DNA of 64,000 nucleotides from Moorellales bacterium (GTDB lineage Bacteria > Bacillota > DSM-521 > Neomoorellales > SLTJ01), in assembly GCA_049719955.1 (NCBI GenBank), contig JBNARC010000002.1, forward strand, positions 77,626-141,625, read 5' to 3'. The notes beneath the pieces are model-generated. The model did no database searches and was not told where the DNA came from. It saw only the letters and a list, made by a program, of their open reading frames with translations. The first letter of the stretch is position 1; each line of letters starts with the position of its first letter. Positions 8,974 to 18,585 of this stretch are shown here, piece by piece. Both the position numbers and the translations under genes were made by a program.

Positions 8974-11730
8974 TCAGAAGAATTCCGGATGGTAGAAGTG
9001 GATGACCCTTAAAGCCACCTCCAGATTCAGCCGGCGGTCGGCTTGGTCAATCTCTGCGCCCAGGAGATCACGTATTCTTTCCAGTCGGTAACGAATAGTA
9101 TTGGGGTGACAAAACAGGGCCTCGGCCGCGCCCTTTATGCTTCCGTTAGCGGCATAATAGCTGGCCAAGGTCTTGAGATAGCCGGTATCCCTCCTGCCAT
9201 CCCGTTCTATCAGGGGGCCTAACAGGGCCACCGCCGCCTGGTAGAGACAGCGAGCGGTCTCCTCGTGGGCCAAAGCCTGGTAGAGGCCTAGTTCCTGGAA
9301 GGACGTAATCCCAGGCGGCAACTTCAGCCGCCGCGCGTACTCTACGGCGAAGCATGCCTGCGAGAAGGCGGCCGAAAAGGCGCTCAAGTCCTCCGCATAG
9401 CCCCCCACTCCCACCCAAAGGCGGTAATTCCGCGCCATGGTTTCTAACTGCCGCCGCGCCCTTTCCAGCCGACCGGGTATCAATACCACCAGCCGACCCT
9501 CGACCAGGGCGCAGAGGTTGTCGGAGAAGGCCTGCCGGATAAAAGCCCTTATTTCCGCCACTTCCGCCCGAGACAGTTTTCGCGACTGCCCGGCGTCCGC
9601 CGTGTTTTCCTCCGGGAGGGCCCGTGTCGGAAGGCAAACTACTACCAGGTGCGGGCGGGCCACATCGTAGCCCAGTCCGGCCGCCCGGGCCAGCACCTCC
9701 CCGGCCGAGGGACCACCGCCGACCAGGCCGGAAACCAACTCTTGCTCGGCAAACTGTATTACTCCCTGGGCCACTCGACTCTGCTCCTTGAGTAGCTCCA
9801 GAGCGTAGATAGGCAGCACCCGGAGCACTATTTCCTTAATCTCCTCGTATTCCTCCTTGCTATCCACCAGCACCCCCAGGTACCCACCGATATCTGCGGC
9901 CAGTTCGATCGGCAACAGAACCATTTCCCCGGCCGGCGGCACGGGCACCACGCAGGGCGGCTCCCGGCCAGCGGGAACACTCCTCGCACTTTCGGCCACC
10001 GCTCCCCGCAGCCCCTTTTCCGCCGCCGCCAGTTCCTCGGCCGCGAACCCCGCCCAGGCCCGTCGCACCAATCGGCAGTCGTAAAAGGCCACCTTCCGCT
10101 GCAGGCTCTTCGCCAGGGCCTCGGTAATGGCCTTGAGACCGGCCCCATCCAGTATTAGACGCGCGAGCTGCTCGTTGGTACCGGTGATGCGCTCCAGGCG
10201 CCGGGTCATCCTCCTTTCCGAGGCAAACAAGCGAGCGTTTCTTACCGCCATGGCCAGTTGACTGGCCACCAGGGACAGGAAGCGCAACTGGGAAGAAGTG
10301 AGCTGGACCGTAGGCCCCACCCAGGCCAACAGGCTACCCAGGTATTCCCCTCCCGTGGCAATTACCGCCCGTACCTGCGTGGCCGCCCCCAGAGTCCGGG
10401 CCTCGGTCTCTACCCAGTCCCCCGGTATCGGGTCGGCCCGCAGGTCCTTCACCTCCAGCTCGGCCGAACCGGCAGGCAAAAAGCGCCCGATCCAGGCACC
10501 GGCAACGCCTTCGGCGGCCACAATCCGGGGCCGGTCCGAGCCCTCCGGACAAACGGCTACGGCCACACCCAGCACCGGCATCACCTGGGGAATGGCCTGA
10601 GCGGCCTTCTTCACCAGGCCCTCCGGGTCTAATAGGTTAAAGTCCCGACTGAGCTCGTAAAGCACCCGGGACTGAGTCTCCTCCAGCTTGATGCGGCATA
10701 CCAGACGGGCGTTGGCAATGGCTACGGCCAGCTGGGAAACTACGGATTTCAACAGGGTTACGTCCTCTTCGGTAAAGCCTCCCGGCTTATTGGTTACATG
10801 CATTACCCCGATACAGCGGTTGCCTACCACCACCGGTAGACTCACCACACTCCGGGCGGGAAACAGGTCTAGGAGATGCTTAACGAACCTGGGGTCCTGG
10901 GGAGCGTCGTTGGAGAAATACGGTTCTCTCGTCTTGAACACCCGCACCGCGTTACTTACGTCTTCGGTAGTTACCTTGTAACGACTTATTCGGTGTTCGT
11001 CGTAGGAGCCGAAGGCGGGCTTTTGCAAGGCCAGGTACCCGGTTTCCTCCTCATAGAGCAATAGGCCCGCACCTTCCGCCCCCACCATGTTGCGGGCGGC
11101 CTCCAGCACTCTTTCCAGCGCCGCCTCAAAACCGCCTCCTTCCAGAAGGCGCTCGTTGGCCTCCCGCAGGCAGGCCAGGGTATCGTTCAGGAGCTTTCGC
11201 TCTTTGTTCAGGCTGTCCACCGTACTCAATAAGTGCCCATAATGGCGGCCCAGACCGGTAAGTAACCGGTGCGCTCCCGCCGGCACCAAGTCCGCTGCCC
11301 CGCCCAACAGGGCGAACCCGAACACCCGCTGCTCGGGCAAAAAGAAGCCCGTGCCTACTGCCCGGGCCGCCGGCGGTTCTCCAACGGCGGCCAACAGGGC
11401 GTTTATCGCCCGAAGGTCGAGTTCCTGCTCTCTCTCGCCTCCGGACGGGAGGGGATACGGGAAGATGTCGGCACCCAGAAAGAGCCGTCGGCGGTCTACC
11501 TCCCCGCCCTCATTCTTCCGCATTAGCGTAACCGAACCGCCGGACGATCGAGAACCCAGAAACAGTAAGGCGCCGGAACAGAAGCTATTGGCCACCAAGT
11601 CGGCCAACAGCCCCTCGTATCCCCACCACAACGGATCTTCTTCCGCCCGGAAGGTGGGGCACGCTTCGGCCGCAGAGGACGGACCCCACCCGCCGTCGCG
11701 CGCTTCCTCCCGTTGCACCGTGCCCTCCAT
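8974..11730 (-). CDS. Large transcriptional regulator: multiple GAF domains plus PucR-type C-terminal HTH
   Basis: 918 aa. GAF-like segments (e.g. GAEGAGLLLYEEETGYLAL...VGNRCIGVMHV). C-terminus GSIKGAAEALFCHPNTIRYRLERIRDLLG is the PucR-family HTH. Confidence 0.8.
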   Translation of the reverse strand: MEGTVQREEARDGGWGPSSAAEACPTFRAEEDPLWWGYEGLLADLVANSFCSGALLFLGSRSSGGSVTLMRKNEGGEVDRRRLFLGADIFPYPLPSGGEREQELDLRAINALLAAVGEPPAARAVGTGFFLPEQRVFGFALLGGAADLVPAGAHRLLTGLGRHYGHLLSTVDSLNKERKLLNDTLACLREANERLLEGGGFEAALERVLEAARNMVGAEGAGLLLYEEETGYLALQKPAFGSYDEHRISRYKVTTEDVSNAVRVFKTREPYFSNDAPQDPRFVKHLLDLFPARSVVSLPVVVGNRCIGVMHVTNKPGGFTEEDVTLLKSVVSQLAVAIANARLVCRIKLEETQSRVLYELSRDFNLLDPEGLVKKAAQAIPQVMPVLGVAVAVCPEGSDRPRIVAAEGVAGAWIGRFLPAGSAELEVKDLRADPIPGDWVETEARTLGAATQVRAVIATGGEYLGSLLAWVGPTVQLTSSQLRFLSLVASQLAMAVRNARLFASERRMTRRLERITGTNEQLARLILDGAGLKAITEALAKSLQRKVAFYDCRLVRRAWAGFAAEELAAAEKGLRGAVAESARSVPAGREPPCVVPVPPAGEMVLLPIELAADIGGYLGVLVDSKEEYEEIKEIVLRVLPIYALELLKEQSRVAQGVIQFAEQELVSGLVGGGPSAGEVLARAAGLGYDVARPHLVVVCLPTRALPEENTADAGQSRKLSRAEVAEIRAFIRQAFSDNLCALVEGRLVVLIPGRLERARRQLETMARNYRLWVGVGGYAEDLSAFSAAFSQACFAVEYARRLKLPPGITSFQELGLYQALAHEETARCLYQAAVALLGPLIERDGRRDTGYLKTLASYYAANGSIKGAAEALFCHPNTIRYRLERIRDLLGAEIDQADRRLNLEVALRVIHFYHPEFF

Positions 11731-11762
11731 TGCGCGCTCCCCCTCGCCGTTGGGCTTGCTCC

Positions 11763-11788
11763 GGGGGCGGCCGGAACCGGCCGCCCCC
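11763..11788 (-). terminator. Perfect 12-bp GC hairpin between the ligase gene and the regulator gene (no clear U-tract)
   Basis: GGGGGCGGCCGG-aa-CCGGCCGCCCCC. Confidence 0.3.
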
Positions 11789-11797
11789 GGGCGGCTC

Positions 11798-13219
11798 TTA
11801 ACTCTTCACCCTTACCAGCGCCGTCTTGTACTGGGTGCGCGGCAGGGTGTTGGGCGCCACCAGGGTCGCCTCGATGCGCACGTTGAGCAGGTCGCGTACC
11901 TTATCTTCCACGGATCGCTTTAGCGCCGCCAAGTCCTGGGCCAAAGACTTTACCTCTACGTCCACGGGTATGGGGTTATCAAACCTCACCTGGCCGGGAT
12001 AGTCCTTGACTATCTGGATATAGCCAGTGACCGCATCGGCGAAGTGGGTGAGAATGACGTCGCGGATGGCCGAGGGGAATACGTTCATGGCCTTATAGAT
12101 CAGCATGTCGTCTATTCGACCTATGCAGCGTATCTTCGGAGACTGCCGGCCGCAGGCGCAACCCCTTCCTTCCACCCGAATGAGATCGGCGGAGCGATAC
12201 CTCACCGCCGGGGTGGCCTCCCGTCGCAGGGCAGTGTAGACCGGTTCCCCTGTAACCCCCGGCTCCCAAGGCAGGTGCTCGCCCGTCTGAGGATCGATAA
12301 GCTCTACGGCTACATCCCTAAGGGCCACAAAATGCATTCCGGTTTCCTCTTCGCACTCCGCCCAGACTCCCGGAAACACGTCCGCCAGGCCCATAATCTC
12401 GCGCACCGAGGGATTGCCCCAGAGCTCTTTGAGCTTGCGCCGGATGGGCTCCTCCCCCAGTCCGGGCTCACCGCCGCCCAGAACCTTCTCTATGCCTATA
12501 TCCCTGGCCTCTACTCCCAGGGCTTCGCGACAGTGCTCGCCCAGGTACACGTCGAACGAGGCGGTAGCCTGCAGGACGTTACAGTGAGTATAGCGCATAA
12601 TCTCCAACACCCGGGCGGTAGAAACCCCCCCGATCCAGACCGTGGTGGCCCCCACGTGCCTTATGCCCTCGAAGTAGGGGTCGCCGCCGGCAAATAGGGG
12701 AACGGCGGTAGTATGGGCCACGATGTCTCCCCTTCGCACTCCGGCGGTGTGGAAGAACATGGCCAGGCCGTCGCGGAAGGCCTCGAGGTCATTGCGGGTT
12801 AAGCCGTAAAAAACCGGACGCCCCGAGGTTCCGGAAGAGGAAAGCACCTGCACCAGATCTTCCGTCTTGGCGGTCTGCAACAATCCCAGGGGCATCTCCC
12901 TGGTGGTGGAATTCTGGGCGTTGCGCACGTCTTCCTTGGTAAGAAAGGGCAGGTCGCGCAACTGCTCCAGAGAACGTAGTTTTTCCGGATCGAAGTCCTT
13001 CAGACGTTCCCGATAAAAGGGGCTGGCTTCCTTCACGTACTGCAGCTGACGCGGAAGCTGCGCCAGCCAATACCGTTGCACTTCCTCCCAGGACATAGTT
13101 TCTAACTCCGGGTTCCAATACTCGGCCAAGTCCAAACCCTCCCCCAACCTGGTGTGGTCGGAACGCCACCCTATCCAACTGCCTACGGCGCTACAGTCTA
13201 AGTATACTAGTTCCTTCAT
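11798..13219 (-). CDS. Phenylacetate-CoA ligase-like (PaaK / F390 synthetase family) adenylate-forming enzyme
   Basis: SSGTSGRPVFYGLTRNDLEAF and the overall PaaK pattern. The real start may be TTG at 13129 (GGGGGAGGG SD), giving the usual ..YWNPELETM.. N-terminus. Confidence 0.75.
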   Translation of the reverse strand: MKELVYLDCSAVGSWIGWRSDHTRLGEGLDLAEYWNPELETMSWEEVQRYWLAQLPRQLQYVKEASPFYRERLKDFDPEKLRSLEQLRDLPFLTKEDVRNAQNSTTREMPLGLLQTAKTEDLVQVLSSSGTSGRPVFYGLTRNDLEAFRDGLAMFFHTAGVRRGDIVAHTTAVPLFAGGDPYFEGIRHVGATTVWIGGVSTARVLEIMRYTHCNVLQATASFDVYLGEHCREALGVEARDIGIEKVLGGGEPGLGEEPIRRKLKELWGNPSVREIMGLADVFPGVWAECEEETGMHFVALRDVAVELIDPQTGEHLPWEPGVTGEPVYTALRREATPAVRYRSADLIRVEGRGCACGRQSPKIRCIGRIDDMLIYKAMNVFPSAIRDVILTHFADAVTGYIQIVKDYPGQVRFDNPIPVDVEVKSLAQDLAALKRSVEDKVRDLLNVRIEATLVAPNTLPRTQYKTALVRVKS

Positions 13220-13301
13220 AATGATACAAAGGTTCTGGCGGCCAAATTTGTTCGCTTCGACTTGTTATTGGACTACAACTTCGGGCCAGACGACCGGCGG
13301 A

Positions 13302-13928
13302 CTAATCGATCAGCACCAGGGCCAGGGCCAGCAGGCCCGGCACCTCCTCCGGAGGATGACTGCCCGCCGGATGGATCTCCCACCCGGCGGCCAGGGCCAT
13401 GGCGTAGGCGTCGAATCCCGCCGCCTCCATGCTCGGCCGGGCCAAAAGCGGGAAGCGGCAGCCCTCAGCCGGATTGATCAGGGCGCGGCAGGGCTCGTTC
13501 CCGCAGAGATAGCGCCTGCAAGAGCCGGAACCGAAACCGGCCGCCAGATAGTAGCCGTCGTAGAAGGCCGCGGTCTCCACCGCGCTTACCGCCTCGTACA
13601 CCGCCCGGCTGGCCCGCCCGTCCCACCGCAACAAGAGGCCCCAGGAATACCGGGCCACTACCTCCGGGCTCTCGGCTAAGTTAGGCGCCCAGGGCGGACA
13701 GTTGCCGCAGGCTCCGTAATGCCGACACCTGGGCGCCTGACACTTCAGGCGCACCCGGGGATCCAGGCGCAGGTCTTCGCGGCGGAGAACCCTACCGGCC
13801 GCAGCCCCGAACTCCCGGGCCAGGGCCAGGTACCGATCCAGGTCCGCCCGCACCGCCTCTTCCCGCCGCCTGGCGGCCTCGGCCAGAGAGCGGACCCGCA
13901 GGTAGCGGCTTCGCAGGGCCGAGTTCAT
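13302..13928 (-). CDS. DUF2284-type predicted metal-binding (Cys-rich) protein
   Basis: 208 aa. RVRLKCQAPRCRHYGACGNCPPW and a second Cys cluster (CRRYLCGNEPC). ATGA overlap with the upstream hydrolase. Confidence 0.65.
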   Translation of the reverse strand: MNSALRSRYLRVRSLAEAARRREEAVRADLDRYLALAREFGAAAGRVLRREDLRLDPRVRLKCQAPRCRHYGACGNCPPWAPNLAESPEVVARYSWGLLLRWDGRASRAVYEAVSAVETAAFYDGYYLAAGFGSGSCRRYLCGNEPCRALINPAEGCRFPLLARPSMEAAGFDAYAMALAAGWEIHPAGSHPPEEVPGLLALALVLID

Positions 13929-14560
13929 CCTTCACCCGCCTCCAGCGCCGCGAGAATGGAGGCGCTGTCCATGACCCGGCCGAAAACCTCGGCCATGTTG
14001 CGCAGGGTGGCCCGGTGCAGTTCCTCATCCAGGGCGGCGTTTACGTCGCTCCCGAACACCACCTGGTAATCGCGGAAGAAGGCGTCCCGGGCGGTGGATT
14101 CGCAGCAGATGTTGGTGACCGTACCGCAGATGATTACGGTGTCGATCTGGTTGGGTCCTTTAAGATTGCGCAGAACGGTTTCCAGCTCCGTGTTGTAGAA
14201 GGCGCTGAACCTCCGCTTACGAATTACCATCTCTCCCGGCCGGGGGGCTATTTCTGGGTATACCTCCACCCCCGGAGTACCCTCCCGCAGCCCTACCTCC
14301 TTCAGGCGGGGAAACATGCGCACCTGGAGGGGACAAAGCCACAGTTCCGGATGATGAACGTGCACGGTGTATATCACCGGCACGCCCAATCGCCGGCATC
14401 CCTCGATTAGCGCCTTAACCCGGGGAATCTGCCGCCTGGCCTCGGGCACTTCCATGATCGCCCCCGGCGCCACAAAATCGTTTTGCAAATCGATTACCAG
14501 TAACGCGCTCCTCTCCCGCCGAAAGGTCCAGGGAACCCCGGCTTGACCGGCCTGTCCCAC
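13925..14560 (-). CDS. Isochorismatase-family cysteine hydrolase (second copy)
   Basis: 211 aa. ALLVIDLQNDFV and CGTVTNICCESTARDA motifs. GTG start with AAGGAGGAG SD. Confidence 0.85.
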   Translation of the reverse strand: MGQAGQAGVPWTFRRERSALLVIDLQNDFVAPGAIMEVPEARRQIPRVKALIEGCRRLGVPVIYTVHVHHPELWLCPLQVRMFPRLKEVGLREGTPGVEVYPEIAPRPGEMVIRKRRFSAFYNTELETVLRNLKGPNQIDTVIICGTVTNICCESTARDAFFRDYQVVFGSDVNAALDEELHRATLRNMAEVFGRVMDSASILAALEAGEG

Positions 14561-14587
14561 AATTCAACTCCTCCTTTCCGCCTGGTT

Positions 14588-14624
14588 AAGAAAGGGGGGG
14601 GGGCGCCCTCGCACCCGCGCCCCC
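14588..14624 (-). terminator. Rho-independent terminator after the symporter/micro-ORF unit
   Basis: GGGGGCGC-loop-GCGCCCCC followed by CCCCCTTTCTT on the minus strand. Confidence 0.55.
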
Positions 14625-14658
14625 TCCCGGTCCAGCGCCCGCAAGATACCTGGCGGTC

Positions 14659-14778
14659 TCAGTTAGAGGACTGCGGCCGCTTCTTGATTGCCCCCCACCA
14701 CAGGGCAAAACCGCCGTACACCAGCATCAGGACCATGATCATAATCATCCACAAGCGGGTAACCACTACTTCTTCCAT
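14659..14778 (-). CDS. Micro-ORF, 39-aa single-pass membrane peptide
   Basis: Below the ORF-track cutoff. GGTGGGGAGG SD. MEEVVVTRLWMIMIMVLMLVYGGFALWWGAIKKRPQSSN. ATG lies 3 nt after the stop of the preceding micro-ORF. Confidence 0.5.
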   Translation of the reverse strand: MEEVVVTRLWMIMIMVLMLVYGGFALWWGAIKKRPQSSN

Positions 14779-14781
14779 TGC

Positions 14782-14892
14782 TTAAGCCTCCCCACCTTGT
14801 TGACGTCCGCCCAAACGCACGAGAAAATCGATTATCAAGGTTGCCACCAACACCGTTACCATTACCTTCCAGAATAGTACCCATATTAACAT
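14782..14892 (-). CDS. Micro-ORF, 36-aa single-pass membrane peptide
   Basis: Below the ORF-track cutoff. GGGGGGAAGG SD. MLIWVLFWKVMVTVLVATLIIDFLVRLGGRQQGGEA. Lies 65 nt downstream of the symporter stop. Confidence 0.5.
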   Translation of the reverse strand: MLIWVLFWKVMVTVLVATLIIDFLVRLGGRQQGGEA

Positions 14893-14957
14893 TTCGCCTT
14901 CCCCCCTTGCCCGTATGTCCGGATGGTCCCGTCGCGGCGGGTTCGAGCCCACCGCCC

Positions 14958-16445
14958 TCAGGCGCCCACTACCGGCGCGGACCGACGGCGCGAAGCGGTG
15001 AAGTAGCCCGGTTCTCCCCTGAGGACCGCGGTTAGGACAATGCCCAGGACCAGACTAATGAGCAGCACAATATAAATGCCCGGCAGGTTGGGCAGGCCGA
15101 TCGCCGCCGGAAGCCCGGTGAAGGACCACAGAGCGTTAGCTATCCAGGCCACCGCCCAGGTAATGCCGGCCGCCAGGGGCGAGCGCTTCCAGAAGAGGCC
15201 CATGACCAGGAACACCGAGACCGGAACCGACCAGGCGTACAGCCACAGAATGGCGGCCACGATAGGCGGAAGAGCCATGGACGGCACCACCGCGGCCACC
15301 GCCAAGATCAGCATTACCACGCGGATGGCCCGTTCGACTTCCTTCTCCGAGGCCTGCGGTTTCAAAAGGTTAACGTATATATCCTTGACAAAGGCGGTAG
15401 CCGGAGCCAAGCAGGTGATGGAGAAGGTAGAGAGCACCACCAACATGAAGCTGGCCAACAACCAAGCGCAAAGCCACCAGGGCAGCAGTCCCACCAGCAT
15501 GGCCGGAGAGGCCAGCTTGGGCCCCAACCCAGCGAACTGCGGTAGGGTCTTGGCCGCCAGCCCCATGGCGCAGGTGAAGATGCCAAAGGCGGCGTTTACC
15601 GGCACCGCGATCCACATCGACTTCTGGACGGTACGCACGCTGTCCGCGGAAATCATGGGCTGCAACAGGAACTGATTGGACAAATGGAACAGGGGCAACA
15701 CCAGCAGGTTCACCAGGGCGAAGGATACGAAAGTCCCCGGTGCTCCCATTATGCTGAGAGCCCAGGCCTGGTTCTGGGAGAGGTAGAACTCGTTTACCCC
15801 GCTCCAGCCGCGAGGGAGCACCAGGCCCAGATATATGGCCGCCACCACCCCGCCCACGTAAAGCACGCCGATATTGACCAGATTCAGGCGGGCGATCTGT
15901 TTCATTCCCGCTATGAATACGTACAGAATGCCTATTATGGCCCCCAGAATAACCCCGTACTGCAAAGGCACCCCGGTCAGGGCGGACATAACGATACCCA
16001 ACCCTTGGGTCTCCAGGGTAAGCACCCCCCAGATCAGAGGGGCGCCCACGCAAACGCTGACCACCGCCAGGGCTTGGCTTCCCGTGGCCCGGCCCACCAG
16101 CTCGTAAGCCGTGCCCACCCCCAGGCTCCTGGCCCAACGCCCGCTGGTGGCGGCCAGAATCGCCAAAGTAAGGGCGGAACCGATGGAAAACCACAGCGTG
16201 GCCGCCCCCATAAACCAAGACATCTCAAAGAAGCCCAGAACGTGTACCGCTCCCAGTACCGCCAGGCCGCAGGTCAGCCCTACCTCCCACAACCCCATGC
16301 TTCGAGCCGCAAGGGCGAATTCGTCCTTGGCCCCTTTGCGCCGGCGCAACTCACTGATTCCGATGCCGATAACCACCGCCAACAAATAAGCAAGCACGAT
16401 TGCCAATACCAGGCCAGACTTACCGCTCATACCCGTGCCACCCAC
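14958..16445 (-). CDS. Sodium:solute symporter family transporter
   Basis: 495 aa, polytopic hydrophobic pattern typical of SSS permeases. Paralogue of 20970..22463. Confidence 0.85.
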   Translation of the reverse strand: MGGTGMSGKSGLVLAIVLAYLLAVVIGIGISELRRRKGAKDEFALAARSMGLWEVGLTCGLAVLGAVHVLGFFEMSWFMGAATLWFSIGSALTLAILAATSGRWARSLGVGTAYELVGRATGSQALAVVSVCVGAPLIWGVLTLETQGLGIVMSALTGVPLQYGVILGAIIGILYVFIAGMKQIARLNLVNIGVLYVGGVVAAIYLGLVLPRGWSGVNEFYLSQNQAWALSIMGAPGTFVSFALVNLLVLPLFHLSNQFLLQPMISADSVRTVQKSMWIAVPVNAAFGIFTCAMGLAAKTLPQFAGLGPKLASPAMLVGLLPWWLCAWLLASFMLVVLSTFSITCLAPATAFVKDIYVNLLKPQASEKEVERAIRVVMLILAVAAVVPSMALPPIVAAILWLYAWSVPVSVFLVMGLFWKRSPLAAGITWAVAWIANALWSFTGLPAAIGLPNLPGIYIVLLISLVLGIVLTAVLRGEPGYFTASRRRSAPVVGA

Positions 16446-16508
16446 CTTTCCTCCTTAATTCAGGCGCTCCTTTCGACCCAGAAAACGCCCCCAACTTGCT
16501 CCGGTTCC

Positions 16509-16535
16509 CTCAGGCGCTACCGTCGGCCAACTCAG
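16509..16535 (-). repeat. Mini-fragment related to the repeat family
   Basis: Minus-strand CTGAGTTGGCCGACGGTAGCGCCTGAG is near-identical over about 20 nt to CTGAGTTGGCCGGCGGTACCGGG at 34802-34824. Confidence 0.35.
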
Positions 16536-16552
16536 AAGTCGGAACAACCCGG

Positions 16553-18574
16553 CTATCGCCCCCCTTCTTCGGTTGTTGGTTCTGCCGCGTCCTTCTCATT
16601 CGGACGGGCCTGCATGCGGGTTACCGCTTCCCGGATCTCCTCCACCGAGGCGTCCTCCTCCAGGGTGGAGAGATCCCCCAACTCGCCGCCGGTCAAGAGC
16701 GCCTTCATCACCCGGCGCATTATCTTACCGCTGCGGGTCTTGGGGAGGGCGGCGACAAATTGAATATCCCTCATCACCACAATCGGGCCCAGGCTACGGC
16801 GCAGGTGAGCCATAAGTTCCTGCTTCAGCTCCTGGGTCCCCGCATAACCCGACCGTAGGACCACGAAAGCGCTGGCTACCTCTCCCCGCATTTCGTCCGG
16901 CACCCCGGACACCCCGGCTTCGGCCACCGCCGGGTGGGAAAGCAGGGCGCTTTCGATCTCCACCGTGCCGATGCGGTGGGAGGCGATCTTTATCACCTCG
17001 TCCGCGCGCCCGGCAAACCAGTAGTAACCCTCTTCGTCCCGGTAGGCGGCATCGCCCAGATAATAGCTCCCCCGGGTGCCGGCCGCCTTTTCCCAATACT
17101 CCTGGCGGTAGCGGTCCGGCTCGCCCCACAAGGTGGGGGTCAGCCCGGGAAACGGACGCCGGATCACCACCACCCCTTTTTGCCCCGGGGGCAGCGGCCG
17201 TCCTTCCTTCTCCTCCACTACCTCGGCTACAATGCCCGGCAGAGGAATACCGGCCGAACCCGGCTTGATGGGCACCATCCCCAGGCCGTAGGGATTGGCG
17301 AAAACCGGTCCCGAGGTTTCCGTCTGCCACAGATGATCGATCACCGGCACCCGGTTTTCAAAGACCTCCTCCTGCAACCACTGCCAGGCCGGAGGGTTCA
17401 GCACCTCCCCGGCGCAGAAAACGCGCTCCACCGAAGAAAGATCGTGCTGCCGCGCCGGCTCCAGCCCCAGTCGCATGAGCAGGCGCACTCCGGTAGGCGA
17501 AACCCAAAAGCCCGTCACCCGGTTACGCTCAATCACCCGCCACCACATATCCGGTTGCGGGTAGTCGGGGGCGCCGTCGTACAGCACGCTGGTGCACCCC
17601 GCCAGGAGCGGGCCGTATACGTTATAGCTGTGGCCCACAATCCAGCCGATATCCGAAGTGCAAAACCACACGTCCTGCTCCTTGAGGCCGTACACCCACT
17701 TGCCCATCAGGTGAACATATACTTGGTACCCGCCGTGGGTCTGAACCGTAACCTTAGGCTTGGCGGTAGTCCCCGAGGTGGGAAGAAGGAAAAGCGGCTC
17801 GTTGGCCTCCATGACCTCCGCCTCGGCCTCCTGGGGGCGACCGAGGCTTAACAATTCTTCCCAGGAAATCTCCCGCCTCCGATCACCGGGAGGAAAAAGG
17901 CCTGCCGGTTCGGCCCCGCTCTCGGGGTGGCGCACTACCACCGCCCACCGCACCCGGTCGCCGTCGCCCGCCAAGGCCTCCTTGGCAATATCCGCCAGTT
18001 CCACCGGTTTGCCCCGGCGAAAGGTGCGCTGTCCGGTGACCAGGTACCGGGCGCCGGTAAGGCGCAGGCGCTCCGCCAACGCTCCGGCCGAGAAGCCCGC
18101 GAAAACCACTACGTGCACCGCGCCTATTCGAGCGCAGGCCAGCATGGTGACCACGGCCTCCAGGCTCATGGGCAGGTAAACCGCCACCCGGTCCCCGCGC
18201 CCCACTCCCAGGGCTTTAAGCGCGGAGGCGCACCGTCTCACCAGATCAAGCAACTGCGCGTAGGTCACCACCGTGCTTTGCCCCGTTTCGCCGGACTCCA
18301 GAACCAAGGCCGCCCGGCCGGCCCGGCCCTTCTTCACATTGTGGTCCAGGCAGTTATAACTAATGTTGGTGTGGCCCCCCACGAACCAGCGAAAACTGGG
18401 ATACTCCCAGACCAGGGCCTGGTCCCAGTATCGAAACCAGTGAAGATCCGAGCATACCTCCCGGGCGACCCAATCCCAGAAACGCTCGGGCTCGGCCTCC
18501 GCCCAACGCCGGAGGGTATCTAGCTGCGGTGGCAGGATCCTGGTAACGGCCAGTGAGTGCGCCATGCCCTTCAC
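16553..18574 (-). CDS. Acs-family AMP-forming acyl-CoA synthetase (acetate/propionate/acetoacetate-CoA ligase type)
   Basis: 673 aa. WFVGGHTNISYNCLDHNV, TSGTTAKPK and SGKIMRR motifs of the acetyl-CoA synthetase family. Confidence 0.85.
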   Translation of the reverse strand: MKGMAHSLAVTRILPPQLDTLRRWAEAEPERFWDWVAREVCSDLHWFRYWDQALVWEYPSFRWFVGGHTNISYNCLDHNVKKGRAGRAALVLESGETGQSTVVTYAQLLDLVRRCASALKALGVGRGDRVAVYLPMSLEAVVTMLACARIGAVHVVVFAGFSAGALAERLRLTGARYLVTGQRTFRRGKPVELADIAKEALAGDGDRVRWAVVVRHPESGAEPAGLFPPGDRRREISWEELLSLGRPQEAEAEVMEANEPLFLLPTSGTTAKPKVTVQTHGGYQVYVHLMGKWVYGLKEQDVWFCTSDIGWIVGHSYNVYGPLLAGCTSVLYDGAPDYPQPDMWWRVIERNRVTGFWVSPTGVRLLMRLGLEPARQHDLSSVERVFCAGEVLNPPAWQWLQEEVFENRVPVIDHLWQTETSGPVFANPYGLGMVPIKPGSAGIPLPGIVAEVVEEKEGRPLPPGQKGVVVIRRPFPGLTPTLWGEPDRYRQEYWEKAAGTRGSYYLGDAAYRDEEGYYWFAGRADEVIKIASHRIGTVEIESALLSHPAVAEAGVSGVPDEMRGEVASAFVVLRSGYAGTQELKQELMAHLRRSLGPIVVMRDIQFVAALPKTRSGKIMRRVMKALLTGGELGDLSTLEEDASVEEIREAVTRMQARPNEKDAAEPTTEEGGR

Positions 18575-18585
18575 CCCTGCGGCCG

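Noticed and set aside
13220-13301. Sigma-54 promoter (TGGC..TTGC) upstream of the PaaK-like gene.
   Set aside because: TGGCCGCCAGAACC lacks the -12 TTGC element at the proper spacing, and the regulator is PucR-type rather than an enhancer-binding protein.
14663-14884. 73-aa track ORF between the symporter and the terminator.
   Set aside because: Gly/Arg-rich, with no SD. Two SD-preceded hydrophobic micro-ORFs in other frames explain the region better.
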